From positions 2,176,001 to 2,240,000 of the forward strand of contig OY970218.1 in assembly GCA_963713975.1 (NCBI GenBank): a DNA stretch of 64,000 nucleotides, written 5' to 3'. A program made the translations under genes and the position numbers. Numbering within the stretch: the first letter of the stretch is position 1; every line of letters starts with the position of its first letter. Origin of the DNA: an uncultured Chloroflexia bacterium. Lineage in GTDB: Bacteria; Chloroflexota; Limnocylindria; Limnocylindrales; CSP1-4. Under the pieces are notes generated by a model, which saw nothing but the letters and a program-made list of their open reading frames with translations, was not told where the DNA came from and did no database searches. Below, piece after piece: positions 1 to 9,498 of this stretch.

Positions 1-2
1 GC

Positions 3-119
3 CTGGTTCACCTCTACCCGCTCGAGGAGATCGACTCGCTCATCACCGATGGGGGTGCTGACCCCGACGTTCTCGAGGCCCTGCGCGAGCAAGGTGTCGA
101 CATCCGGATCGCCAACTGA
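3..119 (+). CDS. C-terminal fragment of probable DeoR/GlpR-family regulator (partial, runs off window start)
   Basis: Frame 3 reads LVHLYPLEEIDSLITDGGADPDVLEALREQGVDIRIAN*, matching the typical DeoR C-terminal 'ID.LITD' ending. Confidence 0.6.
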   Translation: MVHLYPLEEIDSLITDGGADPDVLEALREQGVDIRIAN

Positions 120-134
120 TCCCCGAGGAGCCCC

Positions 135-1091
135 ATGTCCGCGCTCTCCTATCACCTGCCGCGTCCTGCGCTCAGCCTTGGCTGGAGTCGCGACCACGCT
201 CCGTCGATCATCGTCCCGTCGGGCGCCGAGATCACGGTGGATGCGCCAGACTGCTCCAACGGTCAGGTCGTGCCGGGATCGACGGCGGAGGTCATCGAGC
301 GGATCGACTGGGATCAGGTCGACCTCATCTCCGGTCCGGTCTTTGTCGAGGGGGCTCGCCCCGGTGACGTGCTCCAAGTGGACCTGCTCGACGTCGAGGT
401 CGGCACGATGGGGTACTCGGCCAACTACCCGGGTTCCGGACTGCTGCCGGACGATTTCCCCGATCCTTGGATCTATGTCTGGGAGCTGGGCTCGGACCGC
501 GCCCGCTATGTGAACGACATCTCCGTACCCGTGGAGCCAATGGTCGGGATCGTGGGCTGCACACCTGCGGCGCCCGGGGTCCATTCCGCAATCCCGCCCT
601 TGCGGACCGGCGGCAACATGGACGCCAAGCACATCGGACCGGGCACGACCGTGTACCTGCCGGTGGAGGTGGAAGGGGCACTGTTCGGCACCGGCGATCC
701 CCATGCGGCTCAAGGTGATGGCGAGGTTGGTGGATCGGGCATCGAGGCCGCGATGCAAATCCGGCTGCGCCTCACCGTGCGTCGTGACCTGCGCCTGGAT
801 GCTCCCGAGTACGAGGTGCGGCGCCCCTTGGAGCGTGCCTCGGCTGCCGCCGCGGGCTACTACGTGACGACTGGCATCGGGCCGGATCTGTATGCAGCGT
901 CCCAGGCCGCCGTCCGGCGCATGATCGACCGCCTGGTCCGCACGCGCGGGCTCGAGCCGATCGAGGCGTACGAGTTGTGCTCGGTGGCGATGGACCTCAA
1001 GATCAGCGAGATTGTCGATCACCCCAACTACGTCGTCTCGGCCTACTTGCCGAACGACCTGTTCGACGAGGTCCTGCGCTCGCTAGGCTGA
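135..1091 (+). CDS. Acetamidase/formamidase family protein
   Basis: Motifs GPVFVEGARPGDVLQV, GGNMD, GDPHAAQGDGEV; RBS GAGGAG upstream. Confidence 0.9.
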   Translation: MSALSYHLPRPALSLGWSRDHAPSIIVPSGAEITVDAPDCSNGQVVPGSTAEVIERIDWDQVDLISGPVFVEGARPGDVLQVDLLDVEVGTMGYSANYPGSGLLPDDFPDPWIYVWELGSDRARYVNDISVPVEPMVGIVGCTPAAPGVHSAIPPLRTGGNMDAKHIGPGTTVYLPVEVEGALFGTGDPHAAQGDGEVGGSGIEAAMQIRLRLTVRRDLRLDAPEYEVRRPLERASAAAAGYYVTTGIGPDLYAASQAAVRRMIDRLVRTRGLEPIEAYELCSVAMDLKISEIVDHPNYVVSAYLPNDLFDEVLRSLG

Positions 1092-1421
1092 GTGAGCGCG
1101 TTCGAGTGGACAGGACGGGCGCGGTGGTTGTGGCGCGAGCGGCGGCGACGATGCGCCGCCTGGAGGAGATCGGCGCCAACGCACTCTGGGTCGTGTACCG
1201 CAGCACGGAGCACTGAGGACGAGAGCGACGAGATGCTGCGGCCGGACGACCCGAGGTACCCCGCAGCCAACCTCGTGCCCCTGAATGTCCTCGAACGGAT
1301 CCCGCGCGTTTCCTGGGGGGGGGTCGGCCACTTCGTAGGGGTTGCGGACCGTGGCGTCGAGGTCGAGGGTCTGCGATGGACTCGAGCTTGGCCGCCGGCG
1401 CTGGACCGCGGCGGTCGGTTC

Positions 1422-3017
1422 TCAGCCGCCGAGGCGGCGCAGGCCGGCAAGGAGCCGGTCGATGTCGGCCTCGGTCGTCAGGTAGTTCACAATCCCGGCC
1501 CGCAGGTACGAGCGGTTGCCAAGGCGGGTGGTGGACAGCCAGCCGTCGCCCGATGCCTCGAGCGCGACGGCCAGGCGGTCCTCGTGCGCGTCCAGCGCCG
1601 CCGGGTCCATCGCTCCGGCCGCCGCGGCACCACCCGGGAGATGGCGGAAGCAGACCACCGAGAGCTCCGGTTCGGCAGGGACCGCCTCGAGGTCATCGGC
1701 CTCGGCGCAGCAGGCGGCCAGGTACGCGGCGATGTCGTTGTTCATCTCCACCAGCCGTGCCAGGCCGCTGGTGCCAAGGTGCTTCCAGCTCGTCCAAAGC
1801 TTGAGGGCCCGGAAGCGGCGACTGCCCTCGAAGCCGAGGCGATAGAAGTCGATGCCCGCAGCATGCCCCGTACCGGAGCCGGCGGTATGGCCATCGGTCG
1901 CTGTCCCGTCCGCAACGCCCGTCCCGCCCCGGATCCCGTGGCTGCGGTAGTACTCCGGCGATCGGTCGAAGGTCTGGCGGAGGTGATCACCGTCCCGGAC
2001 CACGAGCGCGCCGAGGTCATAGGCCTGGAAGAACCACTTGTGGGGGTCCACGGTGACGCTGTCCGCGAGCTCGAGACCGGGGACCCGGCCGGCATCCCGG
2101 GCGGACAGTCGGGCGGCGCCGCCGTACGCTGCATCGACGTGGAACCAGAGGCCCTCGCGCTCCGCCAGCGTCGCCAGGTCCGGGAGGAGGTCCACCGAGC
2201 CGGTGTTGGTGGAGCCGGCGACCGCGCAGATCGCGACCGGGGTCAGGCCGCGCGCACGGTCCCGGGCGATCGCCCCGGCCACGGGTTCGGCGTGGAGGCG
2301 GTAGCGATCGTCCGCGGGCATGACGACGAGCGTCTCGGGCGGGAACCCGAGCTCGTCGAGCGCACGGGCGATGGAGAAGTGGGTCTGGTCGCCGGTGTAG
2401 ACCCGGACGCCGTCGAGACCGGCTCCCCTGGGGGGCCGCGAGCCGCCCCGCAGCCGCCGGAGGTGGACGTCGCGCACGAGCGCCATCGCGATGAAGTTGG
2501 CCATCACCCCACCGGAGGTGCACAGGCCGAAGCTGCCCTCGCCGTAGCCCACGAGGTCGCACAGCCAGTGCACGACCTCCTCCTCCACGAACGCCCCGAC
2601 CGGTCCGGCGTGCCAGACGTCGATGCCCTGGTTGGTCCACTGGGCGAGCACCTCGCCGGCGATGGACGCGACGAGCGGCGGCGGCGTGAAGTACGAGAGC
2701 GCCCTCGGGTGGTAGCTGTTGAGCGTGTGAGGCGCGATCCGGGACGTGAACTCGTCCAGGACCTGCTGCAGGGGCCGTGGATCCTGGGGTGCCTCACCCG
2801 GCTCGCCGGCCGGTCCGAAGTACAACTCCCGAAGCACCGCGTACCCGGTCGGCGTTCCCATCGCACGGTCCATCGCCTCGTCGTACAGCCAGTCCAGCGA
2901 TGCCCGCCAGGTTGCCTCGCCGACGCGTTCCAGCGCCGCTCGGGAGGCGGCGGCGTCGCGGATGCCGATGAGCTCCGGCTCCGGGTGCCAGCGGAATGGC
3001 GCGAGGGGATCGTCCAT
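1422..3017 (-). CDS. PLP-dependent group II amino acid decarboxylase (DDC/GAD family)
   Basis: HVDAAYGG, DSVTVDPHKW (PLP lysine), SRRFRALKLW motifs. Confidence 0.9.
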   Translation of the reverse strand: MDDPLAPFRWHPEPELIGIRDAAASRAALERVGEATWRASLDWLYDEAMDRAMGTPTGYAVLRELYFGPAGEPGEAPQDPRPLQQVLDEFTSRIAPHTLNSYHPRALSYFTPPPLVASIAGEVLAQWTNQGIDVWHAGPVGAFVEEEVVHWLCDLVGYGEGSFGLCTSGGVMANFIAMALVRDVHLRRLRGGSRPPRGAGLDGVRVYTGDQTHFSIARALDELGFPPETLVVMPADDRYRLHAEPVAGAIARDRARGLTPVAICAVAGSTNTGSVDLLPDLATLAEREGLWFHVDAAYGGAARLSARDAGRVPGLELADSVTVDPHKWFFQAYDLGALVVRDGDHLRQTFDRSPEYYRSHGIRGGTGVADGTATDGHTAGSGTGHAAGIDFYRLGFEGSRRFRALKLWTSWKHLGTSGLARLVEMNNDIAAYLAACCAEADDLEAVPAEPELSVVCFRHLPGGAAAAGAMDPAALDAHEDRLAVALEASGDGWLSTTRLGNRSYLRAGIVNYLTTEADIDRLLAGLRRLGG

Positions 3018-3070
3018 CGTCGTGAATGGTATGGCGTGTGAGGAACGCGATGGGCGGTACAGTTGGAAGC

Positions 3071-3505
3071 GTGACCTCCCCCGAGCAACCCCCCTCCGTT
3101 CGGCCTGTCGACTACAAGGGCGAGCCGCTCGACGCCGAGCGTGGTCCCGGGCTGGGCTGCTTCCGGTTCCAGGTCGTCGTCCTGGCCGTGCTGCTCGTCC
3201 TCACGCCGCTGACCGTCGCCTGGAACTGGCCGTCCGCTGTGAGCATCGCGCTGCTGTTCATCTCGCTGCTGCTGCTGCTGTTCACGGGCCAGACGATCAT
3301 CTTCCTGCTCCGTCTGGTTGCCGCCGACCGCCGCGATGGGCGTCGCGTGCCCCTTGCCGGCGCGACACCGACGGTGGGGGAGCTGGAGGACGCCGAGGCC
3401 CCTGTGGACGGCGCGAGCGGGGAGGCCCCGGGCCCGCCGATGGAGGCGCCTGGGGGCGACGCTCCCGACGGGACGCTGCCGAGCGATCCGGGCGTGCGAG
3501 AATAG
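3071..3505 (+). CDS. Hypothetical two-TM membrane protein
   Basis: GTG start 7 nt after TACAGT -10-like box; two hydrophobic helices; high-GC3 codon use. Confidence 0.65.
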   Translation: MTSPEQPPSVRPVDYKGEPLDAERGPGLGCFRFQVVVLAVLLVLTPLTVAWNWPSAVSIALLFISLLLLLFTGQTIIFLLRLVAADRRDGRRVPLAGATPTVGELEDAEAPVDGASGEAPGPPMEAPGGDAPDGTLPSDPGVRE

Positions 3506-3545
3506 CCGGGATCCGACGCCAGGCTCCAGGGAGACTTCTCGTCAC

Positions 3546-3872
3546 GTGCCCGTTCTAGCAACCTTCTTCTCCGTCCGGCGGGGCCGGGATCCGTTCTTCA
3601 AGTTCTTCATGAAGACCATCTTCCCGCGCCAGCTGAAGGAGTACGAGGACAAGTTCGGCATCAAGTTCGTGGGCTGGTACAACGTCGCCCACGGCTGGGA
3701 CTTCGACAACGTGATCATGCTCGACCTGCCGGACTACGGCACCCTCGACAAGCTCGAGGCGGACGAGGCAACCCGGGCCCTCGGGCACCGGGCGGGCGAG
3801 TGGATCTTCGAACGACATCACTCGATGTTTCTCCGGGAACGGCTCGGGCCGGATCTCGAGTACCACGGCTGA
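3546..3872 (+). CDS. Small hypothetical protein, possibly dimeric alpha/beta-barrel (NIPSNAP/GYD-like)
   Basis: GTG start; GIKFVGWYNVAHGWDFDNVIMLDLPDY pattern; strong codon bias. Confidence 0.7.
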   Translation: MPVLATFFSVRRGRDPFFKFFMKTIFPRQLKEYEDKFGIKFVGWYNVAHGWDFDNVIMLDLPDYGTLDKLEADEATRALGHRAGEWIFERHHSMFLRERLGPDLEYHG

Positions 3873-3885
3873 AGGAGGCGATCGC

Positions 3886-4857
3886 ATGGACGTGAGCCGC
3901 AACTCGATGCTCGGTGAGCTCGCCGGTGACGCCGCGAGCGAGCGCAATGACTTCGTCGTGCAGGCGACGGAGCAGCTGGCGAGGTTCCTGGACCGCAACC
4001 GGGACCGGATCAGCCAGCTCGGTGGCCTGACGCTGATCGACGACGATCCCGACTACCTCTCGGTCGCCCCGGACTGCAGCTTCCGTGTTCGCAGCCGGTT
4101 CGAGGATCCGGATTCCGGCGAGTGGGTCTCGGAGACGGAGATCGTGGAGACAGCCTCGGAGCTGGTCGAGCTCTACAACCCTGCCGAGGTGTTCGCGGCC
4201 TTCGCCGAGGCTGCTCGCGAGGCGGCCGGCCTGGCGGCGGAGCCGACCGCGACGGACGAGCTGCTCGCCACGGCGGGTGTCTCGCCCGAGGAGACGTTCG
4301 GGCTCAACGAGGACGAGGCCTACATCGGGGCAGCCGACGAGTGGGCCGCGGGTCAACCGGTGGTGGCCCAGGCCGACGATGACGAGTCGGCCGCTGCGGC
4401 GATGTACAACCTTGCCCTTGACTTCCAGGAGCGGAGCCAGGCCAGCGAAGCGCGCCTGATCGACCAGTTCGAGGACGCGGTGGCGCGCCTGTCCGGCACC
4501 CTCGGCGACCTGATCATCGTCGACGACGACGACGAGCGGCTCGTGCTGGGTGCGACCGGACGGTTCCGCGCCGAAGTCCTGCCCGACGACGCGGAGAACG
4601 GCGAGTGGCGCTCGCTGACCGAGCCCGAGGACATCGTCGAGTTCTACGACCCGACCGACATCTTCGGGGACCTCGCCGACGCGCTGGCCGAGGCCTTCCC
4701 CGCGGTTGCCCCGGATGTCGAGGGCGAGGACGACGCGGGCGAGGACGACGCCGACGACGCTGACGACGAGGGCGAGGACGACGAGGACGACGCGGACGAG
4801 GTCCAGCCGGACGCCGACCCAGGGATGGACATCCCCGGGGACGGACAGCGCCCCTAG
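3886..4857 (+). CDS. Highly acidic hypothetical protein with internal domain duplication
   Basis: RBS AAGGAGG; two similar halves (LTLIDDDPD..GEW..LVELYNPAEVF / LIIVDDDDE..GEW..IVEFYDPTDIF); poly-D/E tail. Confidence 0.8.
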   Translation: MDVSRNSMLGELAGDAASERNDFVVQATEQLARFLDRNRDRISQLGGLTLIDDDPDYLSVAPDCSFRVRSRFEDPDSGEWVSETEIVETASELVELYNPAEVFAAFAEAAREAAGLAAEPTATDELLATAGVSPEETFGLNEDEAYIGAADEWAAGQPVVAQADDDESAAAAMYNLALDFQERSQASEARLIDQFEDAVARLSGTLGDLIIVDDDDERLVLGATGRFRAEVLPDDAENGEWRSLTEPEDIVEFYDPTDIFGDLADALAEAFPAVAPDVEGEDDAGEDDADDADDEGEDDEDDADEVQPDADPGMDIPGDGQRP

Positions 4858-4890
4858 CCACCCGCCGCCCGGCCAGGGCCGTCTGCCTTC

Positions 4891-5751
4891 ATGCGCCTGA
4901 CCGGAGCCGAGCTCGTCGAGAGCCGGGAGATCCTGGCCGGCACGTGGTTGCAGGCATGGCACGCACCTTCGGTCGTGGCGGGCGCACGCTCCGGGCAGTA
5001 CGTCCACGTCCGCGTGGTCGAGGCCGGCGGCCTGCCGCTGCGTCGGCCGTTCCCGATCGCCACCGCCGACCCGGTGAGCGGCATCCTGTCGATCCAGGCG
5101 GGCTCTGCCTCCACCTCGGGGGCTGGCTGGGCGCGCGGCCTCCGGACCGGTGACCAGGCCGAGATCGCGGGCCCCCTGGGCCGCCCGTTCGAGGTGGACC
5201 CGAGATCCCGGCACCTGCTGCTCGTGGCGGAAGGGCCATCGATCGCCTCGCTACGCCTGTTGATGGACGAGGCGATCCGTGGCGCCCGTTCCGTGGTCCT
5301 GCTCTTCGGGGCGGCCACCGCCTCCGGCGTCTACCCGTCCAGCCTCCTCCCGGACGAGGTCGAGTACGTCGTCGCCACCCGGGACGGCAGCCTCGGCCAC
5401 CGCGGATCCGTGAAGGACCTGCTCCTCGACTACGAGGCCTGGGCGGACGAGGCGTTCGCAGCCGGTCCACCGGCGCTGCTCGCGTCGCTGGTACGCCTGG
5501 CCGGTGGTCGCCGGCAGCGGATGGGTGTCGCCACCCTCGGCCGCAAGCGGGGTGGGGGCCGGCCGCCGGCCCCGGGCTCACCGGAGGCCAGGCGCAAGGC
5601 GTACCTCCAGGTGGCCGTCGACCAGTCCATGGCGTGCGCCGCAGGCACGTGCATGGGATGCGCGGTCATGGGTTCGTCGGGGATGCCGCTGCGGGCCTGT
5701 CGCGAGGGCCCCGTGTTTGCCGCGGACGAGCTGGACTGGGGGGAGGATTGA
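4891..5751 (+). CDS. pyrK: Dihydroorotate dehydrogenase electron transfer subunit
   Basis: LRRPF FAD-binding motif, GPLGRPF, C-terminal MACAAGTCMGC..CREGPVF 2Fe-2S motif; precedes pyrD. Confidence 0.88.
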   Translation: MRLTGAELVESREILAGTWLQAWHAPSVVAGARSGQYVHVRVVEAGGLPLRRPFPIATADPVSGILSIQAGSASTSGAGWARGLRTGDQAEIAGPLGRPFEVDPRSRHLLLVAEGPSIASLRLLMDEAIRGARSVVLLFGAATASGVYPSSLLPDEVEYVVATRDGSLGHRGSVKDLLLDYEAWADEAFAAGPPALLASLVRLAGGRRQRMGVATLGRKRGGGRPPAPGSPEARRKAYLQVAVDQSMACAAGTCMGCAVMGSSGMPLRACREGPVFAADELDWGED

Positions 5752-6896
5752 AGCCCAAGCGCAAGGTCGTCCCCGGGGTCAGCACCCGCCGGACGCCCAC
5801 CGTCCGGCGGGTGAAGCCCGCGATCCGAGCCGTGCCCCCCGGTGGTCCGCGGCCGCCCGCCGGGCGAGCGATGACCAGGGCCGGACAGGACCTCGTCCAC
5901 CCCGACCGTCGCGCGCTCGACGCCGTCGGCGGGCGGCCGATCAGGCTGGAGGTGGACCTCGGGCGGGGGCTCGTCCTCGCGAACCCCGTGCTGGCGGCCG
6001 CGGGGCCGTTCGGGTACGGGGTGGAGGTCGCCGATCTCGTTGACCTGGGCCGCCTGGGCGCGATGATCACCCGCGGCACCAGCCTCAAGGCCCGCCGAGG
6101 GCATCCGGCCCCGCGGACGGCCGAGGTCCCGGCCGGCCTGCTGCTGGGCATGGGGCCGCAGAACCCCGGGCTCGACGCGGTGCTGGAGCGCTACCCGCCG
6201 ATCTGGGTCGGGTGGGCCGTCCCCGTGATCCTGAACCTGTGCGGCGAGTCCGCTTCGGAGCTGTCCGAGGCGGCGCGGCGCCTGGAGGGCGTCCCGGGGA
6301 TCGCGGGCCTGGAGGTCAACCTGTCGTGCGGCAGTTCCGGCCGTGGGGGCACGGCGTTCGGACTCTCCGCGGACGCCGCCGCCAGCGCGATCGCAGCCGT
6401 GCGTCGCGCGTGCGACCTGCCGCTGATCGCCAAGCTCACGGCCGCCGCGTCGGACGTGCGGGCCGTCGCCCGGGCGGTGGAGGACGCGGGAGCAGACGCG
6501 ATCTCGGCGATCAACACCCTGCCGGGGCTCGCCGTGGCGCCCGATCGGCACGGGCCTGCACTGGGCTCCGGGTACGGCGGGATCTGCGGGCCGGCCATCA
6601 AGCCCGTCGCGCTGCGAGTGGTCTACGAGGTGGCCCAGGCGGTGGACGTGCCGGTCATCGGCATCGGCGGCGTCGCCACGCTGGAGGATGTGGTGGACAT
6701 GCTGGCGGTGGGGGCGGTCGCGGTCGGTGTGGGGGTGGCGGCGCTGGCCGATCCGATGCTGCCCGTCAACCTCGCCGACGAGCTGGCCGATGCCTGCCGG
6801 GCACTCGGGATCGACGATGTCGCCGGCCTGGTGGGGACGGCGCTGCCCGCAAAGCCCGGGCCGGCATCCACCCGTGGGGCGGAGTACGCACGCTGA
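5748..6896 (+). CDS. pyrD: Dihydroorotate dehydrogenase 1B catalytic subunit (start may be ATG 5871)
   Basis: NPVLAAAGPFGYG, EVNLSC, KLT, INT, GGICGPAIKPVALR, IGIGG motifs. Confidence 0.9.
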   Translation: MKPKRKVVPGVSTRRTPTVRRVKPAIRAVPPGGPRPPAGRAMTRAGQDLVHPDRRALDAVGGRPIRLEVDLGRGLVLANPVLAAAGPFGYGVEVADLVDLGRLGAMITRGTSLKARRGHPAPRTAEVPAGLLLGMGPQNPGLDAVLERYPPIWVGWAVPVILNLCGESASELSEAARRLEGVPGIAGLEVNLSCGSSGRGGTAFGLSADAAASAIAAVRRACDLPLIAKLTAAASDVRAVARAVEDAGADAISAINTLPGLAVAPDRHGPALGSGYGGICGPAIKPVALRVVYEVAQAVDVPVIGIGGVATLEDVVDMLAVGAVAVGVGVAALADPMLPVNLADELADACRALGIDDVAGLVGTALPAKPGPASTRGAEYAR

Positions 6897-7165
6897 TGCA
6901 GGTCGGGACGCTGGCGCTCTGGCTGCTGGTGATCAACGTGATCACGGCCGCCGCATACGCATGGGACAAGGAGCAGGCGCGGCGTCACGGCCGACGGGTC
7001 CGAGAGCGGACCCTGTGGCTGCTGTGCTTCATGGGGGGCGTCGGCGGAGCGTGGCTCGTGTTCTTCGGCATGCGCCACAAGACCCGGCACCGGTCGTTCT
7101 GGATCGCGCAGGGTGCCGCGTCCGTGCTGTGGATCGGGGTCCTGGTGGCGGTGCTGTTCGACTGA
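6896..7165 (+). CDS. DUF1294 family small membrane protein
   Basis: AYAWDKEQAR..RVRERTL..GG.GG..MRHKTRH signature. Confidence 0.85.
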   Translation: MQVGTLALWLLVINVITAAAYAWDKEQARRHGRRVRERTLWLLCFMGGVGGAWLVFFGMRHKTRHRSFWIAQGAASVLWIGVLVAVLFD

Positions 7166-7250
7166 CGGCGATTGGTGGCGCCCGACGGGCGGCGGGGGCC
7201 CCGTGGGATGTCCGGGCTCTTCGCCCGCGTGCGGCTAGAATTCGTGCGCC

Positions 7251-7931
7251 ATGACAACCCTGCGACGCACCCTGGACGAGGCGGCCCGACGCGAGATCAG
7301 CCGGCGCACGGAAGTCTTGTTCCGCGCCAGTGGCGCCCTCCGCGAGGGCCACTTCACGCTCAAGAGCGGCCGGCATTCGGATGCCTACCTGGAGAAGTTC
7401 CAGGTACTCCAGGATCCGGCTGCCACCAGCGAGCTGTGCGGGTTCTGGGCCGGCGAGCTCCGGCGTCCCGACGGCACGCCTGCCGTTGATCTCGTCGCCG
7501 GTCCCACGACCGGGGGCGTGATCCTGGCGTTCGAGACCGGCCGCCAGCTCGGCACCCGCGCGATGTTCGCCGAGGAGGTCGCGACCGGCGGCGCTCCTCG
7601 CCGCGAGTTCCGGCGGGGATTCACGATCACGCCCGGGGAGCGGGTCCTGCTGGTCGATGACATCCTGACCACCGGCGGCTCGCTGCTGGCGATGATCCCG
7701 GCCGTCGAGGCCGCGGGCGGCGAGATCGTCGAGTGCGCGGTCCTCGTCGACCGCTCGGGTGGCCTCGCCACGCTGACGTCGCCGGCCACGGGTCGCGTGT
7801 ACCCGCTCCGGGCCCTGTGGCGGCTGGAACTCCCGACCTACGAGCCGGGCGAGGCGACCTGCCCACGCTGCGCGGCCGGGGAGCCCGCGGTCAAGCCGGG
7901 GAGCAGCGGCACGGGGATGGCTCCGGCGTGA
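7251..7931 (+). CDS. pyrE: Orotate phosphoribosyltransferase
   Basis: GHFTLKSGRHS, VLLVDDILTTGGS PRPP motif; pyr gene context. Confidence 0.92.
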   Translation: MTTLRRTLDEAARREISRRTEVLFRASGALREGHFTLKSGRHSDAYLEKFQVLQDPAATSELCGFWAGELRRPDGTPAVDLVAGPTTGGVILAFETGRQLGTRAMFAEEVATGGAPRREFRRGFTITPGERVLLVDDILTTGGSLLAMIPAVEAAGGEIVECAVLVDRSGGLATLTSPATGRVYPLRALWRLELPTYEPGEATCPRCAAGEPAVKPGSSGTGMAPA

Positions 7932-8368
7932 CCACGCCCGGCCGGCGGGGGCTGTCCCGCGGCCAGGTGTGGATCCTGGCGGTCGGCCTGTTGCTCGGGG
8001 CATCGTTCCTGGTCGTGTTTGCCTCCGGCGGGTTCGAGCCGGCGTCCACGTCACCCCCGGGTCCGATCGGCAGTGCCTCGCTCGGGCCGGCCATCAGCGG
8101 CGCCCCGGCCGGCGGCGAGTTGCCCGCATCGCCGGTGACCGGTGTCGTGACGGACATCGAGGCCACCGGCCTCACCAGTGTCGCGGCGATCACGCTGCGC
8201 ACCGCCGACGGCGTGCAGACCGTCTTCCGGATCGGGCTCCTGGAGAACGGCGCCGAGTTCCCGCCCGGCCACCTCTCGGAGCACATGGCCACGTCGTCGC
8301 CGGTGCGGGTCTTCTTCCGCGAGGAGGGCGGCGAGATGGTCGTGTACCGCCTCGAGGACGGGAGCTGA
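7928..8368 (+). CDS. Membrane-anchored hypothetical protein, small beta-barrel with HLxEHM motif
   Basis: GTG overlapping the pyrE stop; N-terminal TM helix; FPPGHLSEHM. Confidence 0.7.
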   Translation: MTTPGRRGLSRGQVWILAVGLLLGASFLVVFASGGFEPASTSPPGPIGSASLGPAISGAPAGGELPASPVTGVVTDIEATGLTSVAAITLRTADGVQTVFRIGLLENGAEFPPGHLSEHMATSSPVRVFFREEGGEMVVYRLEDGS

Positions 8369-9334
8369 CTAGGTTCCAGCGATCTCCGCGATGGCGTCGC
8401 GGAGCTCCGCCTCGCTGACCGCTCCCTCGAATGAGCGGCGGACGATCCCCTCGCCGTCGACCGCGAACAGCCATGGCTCGGACAGGATGCCCCACTCGTC
8501 GACGGCCGGGACGGGCTGGAGCTGGCCGTCGGCGTCCAGGATGGGCTGTAGGCGGCCCTCCGTGAAGGACAGCTGGTAGGGCTCGACGTTGATGAACGAC
8601 ACGTCCTGGGGCGAGGACGCCGACACCTGCTTCACGAGATCGAGCGTTGGACCGCACTGGGCGCTCTGGCAGAACGCCGGGGTGGTGAAGGCCAGGACGA
8701 AGGGCTTGCCCTGCGCGACCGCGTCCGCCACAGACAGCTCGTAGAACAGTGGATCAGGGTTGGTGTCGGTGCTGAGCTGCTTGAGGTCACCACCGACGTC
8801 GGCGGCGGTCGGCGTGTCTGACGGCGGTGCCTTCTCGCCGACGGCGATCACCGGGAGGTCATCCTGGACCTGGAAGGCGACGCCGATCGCCTCCTGAGCC
8901 GCCCCCTGAGCCTCGGTGACGAAGATGGCCTTCCAGTCGCCGGCCTGCGGGAACTCCGTGTAGGCCACGTACTCGCCGCGGGAGCCCTCGATGGCCCAGA
9001 TGAAGTCGGCCTTCACGGCGGTGCCGGGATCGCTGGCGCCGGGTGGGACGAACGCGACCGAGACGGTCCGGTCGGGGCTCGCGGCCGGCAGGTTGGTGGT
9101 GGCGTCGAGGAGCGAGAAGACGAACCGGTACGGGCCCTTCACCTGCTGGCCGATGATCACCGGGATGACCGAGGGCGTGGCCCGGGCGGCCGACGCGCCG
9201 GGCGAAGGGGGTGCCACGGTCCAGTCGGGACTGGAACCCGGAGCGCCGGTGCCCGACGAGCAGGCCGCGACCAGGACGACCAGGACGGCGAGGACGGCGA
9301 GGGCGACGAGCGGTGCGGTGCGGGATCGACGCAT
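8369..9334 (-). CDS. Lipoprotein with C-terminal thioredoxin-like domain (CxxxxC)
   Basis: Lipobox LVAAC; FTTPAFCQSAQCGP; EPWLFAVDGEG cis-Pro region. Confidence 0.75.
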   Translation of the reverse strand: MRRSRTAPLVALAVLAVLVVLVAACSSGTGAPGSSPDWTVAPPSPGASAARATPSVIPVIIGQQVKGPYRFVFSLLDATTNLPAASPDRTVSVAFVPPGASDPGTAVKADFIWAIEGSRGEYVAYTEFPQAGDWKAIFVTEAQGAAQEAIGVAFQVQDDLPVIAVGEKAPPSDTPTAADVGGDLKQLSTDTNPDPLFYELSVADAVAQGKPFVLAFTTPAFCQSAQCGPTLDLVKQVSASSPQDVSFINVEPYQLSFTEGRLQPILDADGQLQPVPAVDEWGILSEPWLFAVDGEGIVRRSFEGAVSEAELRDAIAEIAGT

Positions 9335-9498
9335 GCCGTGAGCGTAGCCCGAGCGCCCGTGATGTGCCGGGATCGGCAGGGCTCGTCACGGCGTCACGGG
9401 CTCGTCACGGCGGCCCGCGGGTAGAATGGCGACCTTGCCTTCCGCGCGGCTCCGAGCGCCCCTGCCCCGTGCACCCTCAGAGGACGATCGCACCAGCC

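Noticed and set aside
1092-3041. Long + strand ORF (649 aa), and similar long antisense ORFs such as 42950-46237, 54862-58413 and 60135-62156
   Set aside because: Shadow ORFs opposite well-supported genes; expected in very high-GC DNA and lacking any motifs.
4725-4800. GACGAC/GAGGAC-rich repetitive DNA
   Set aside because: Simply encodes the poly-Asp/Glu tail; not a CRISPR array or VNTR.
9380-9415. Short ggctcgtcacggc duplication in the divergent promoter region
   Set aside because: Too short in GC-rich DNA to call a regulatory site.
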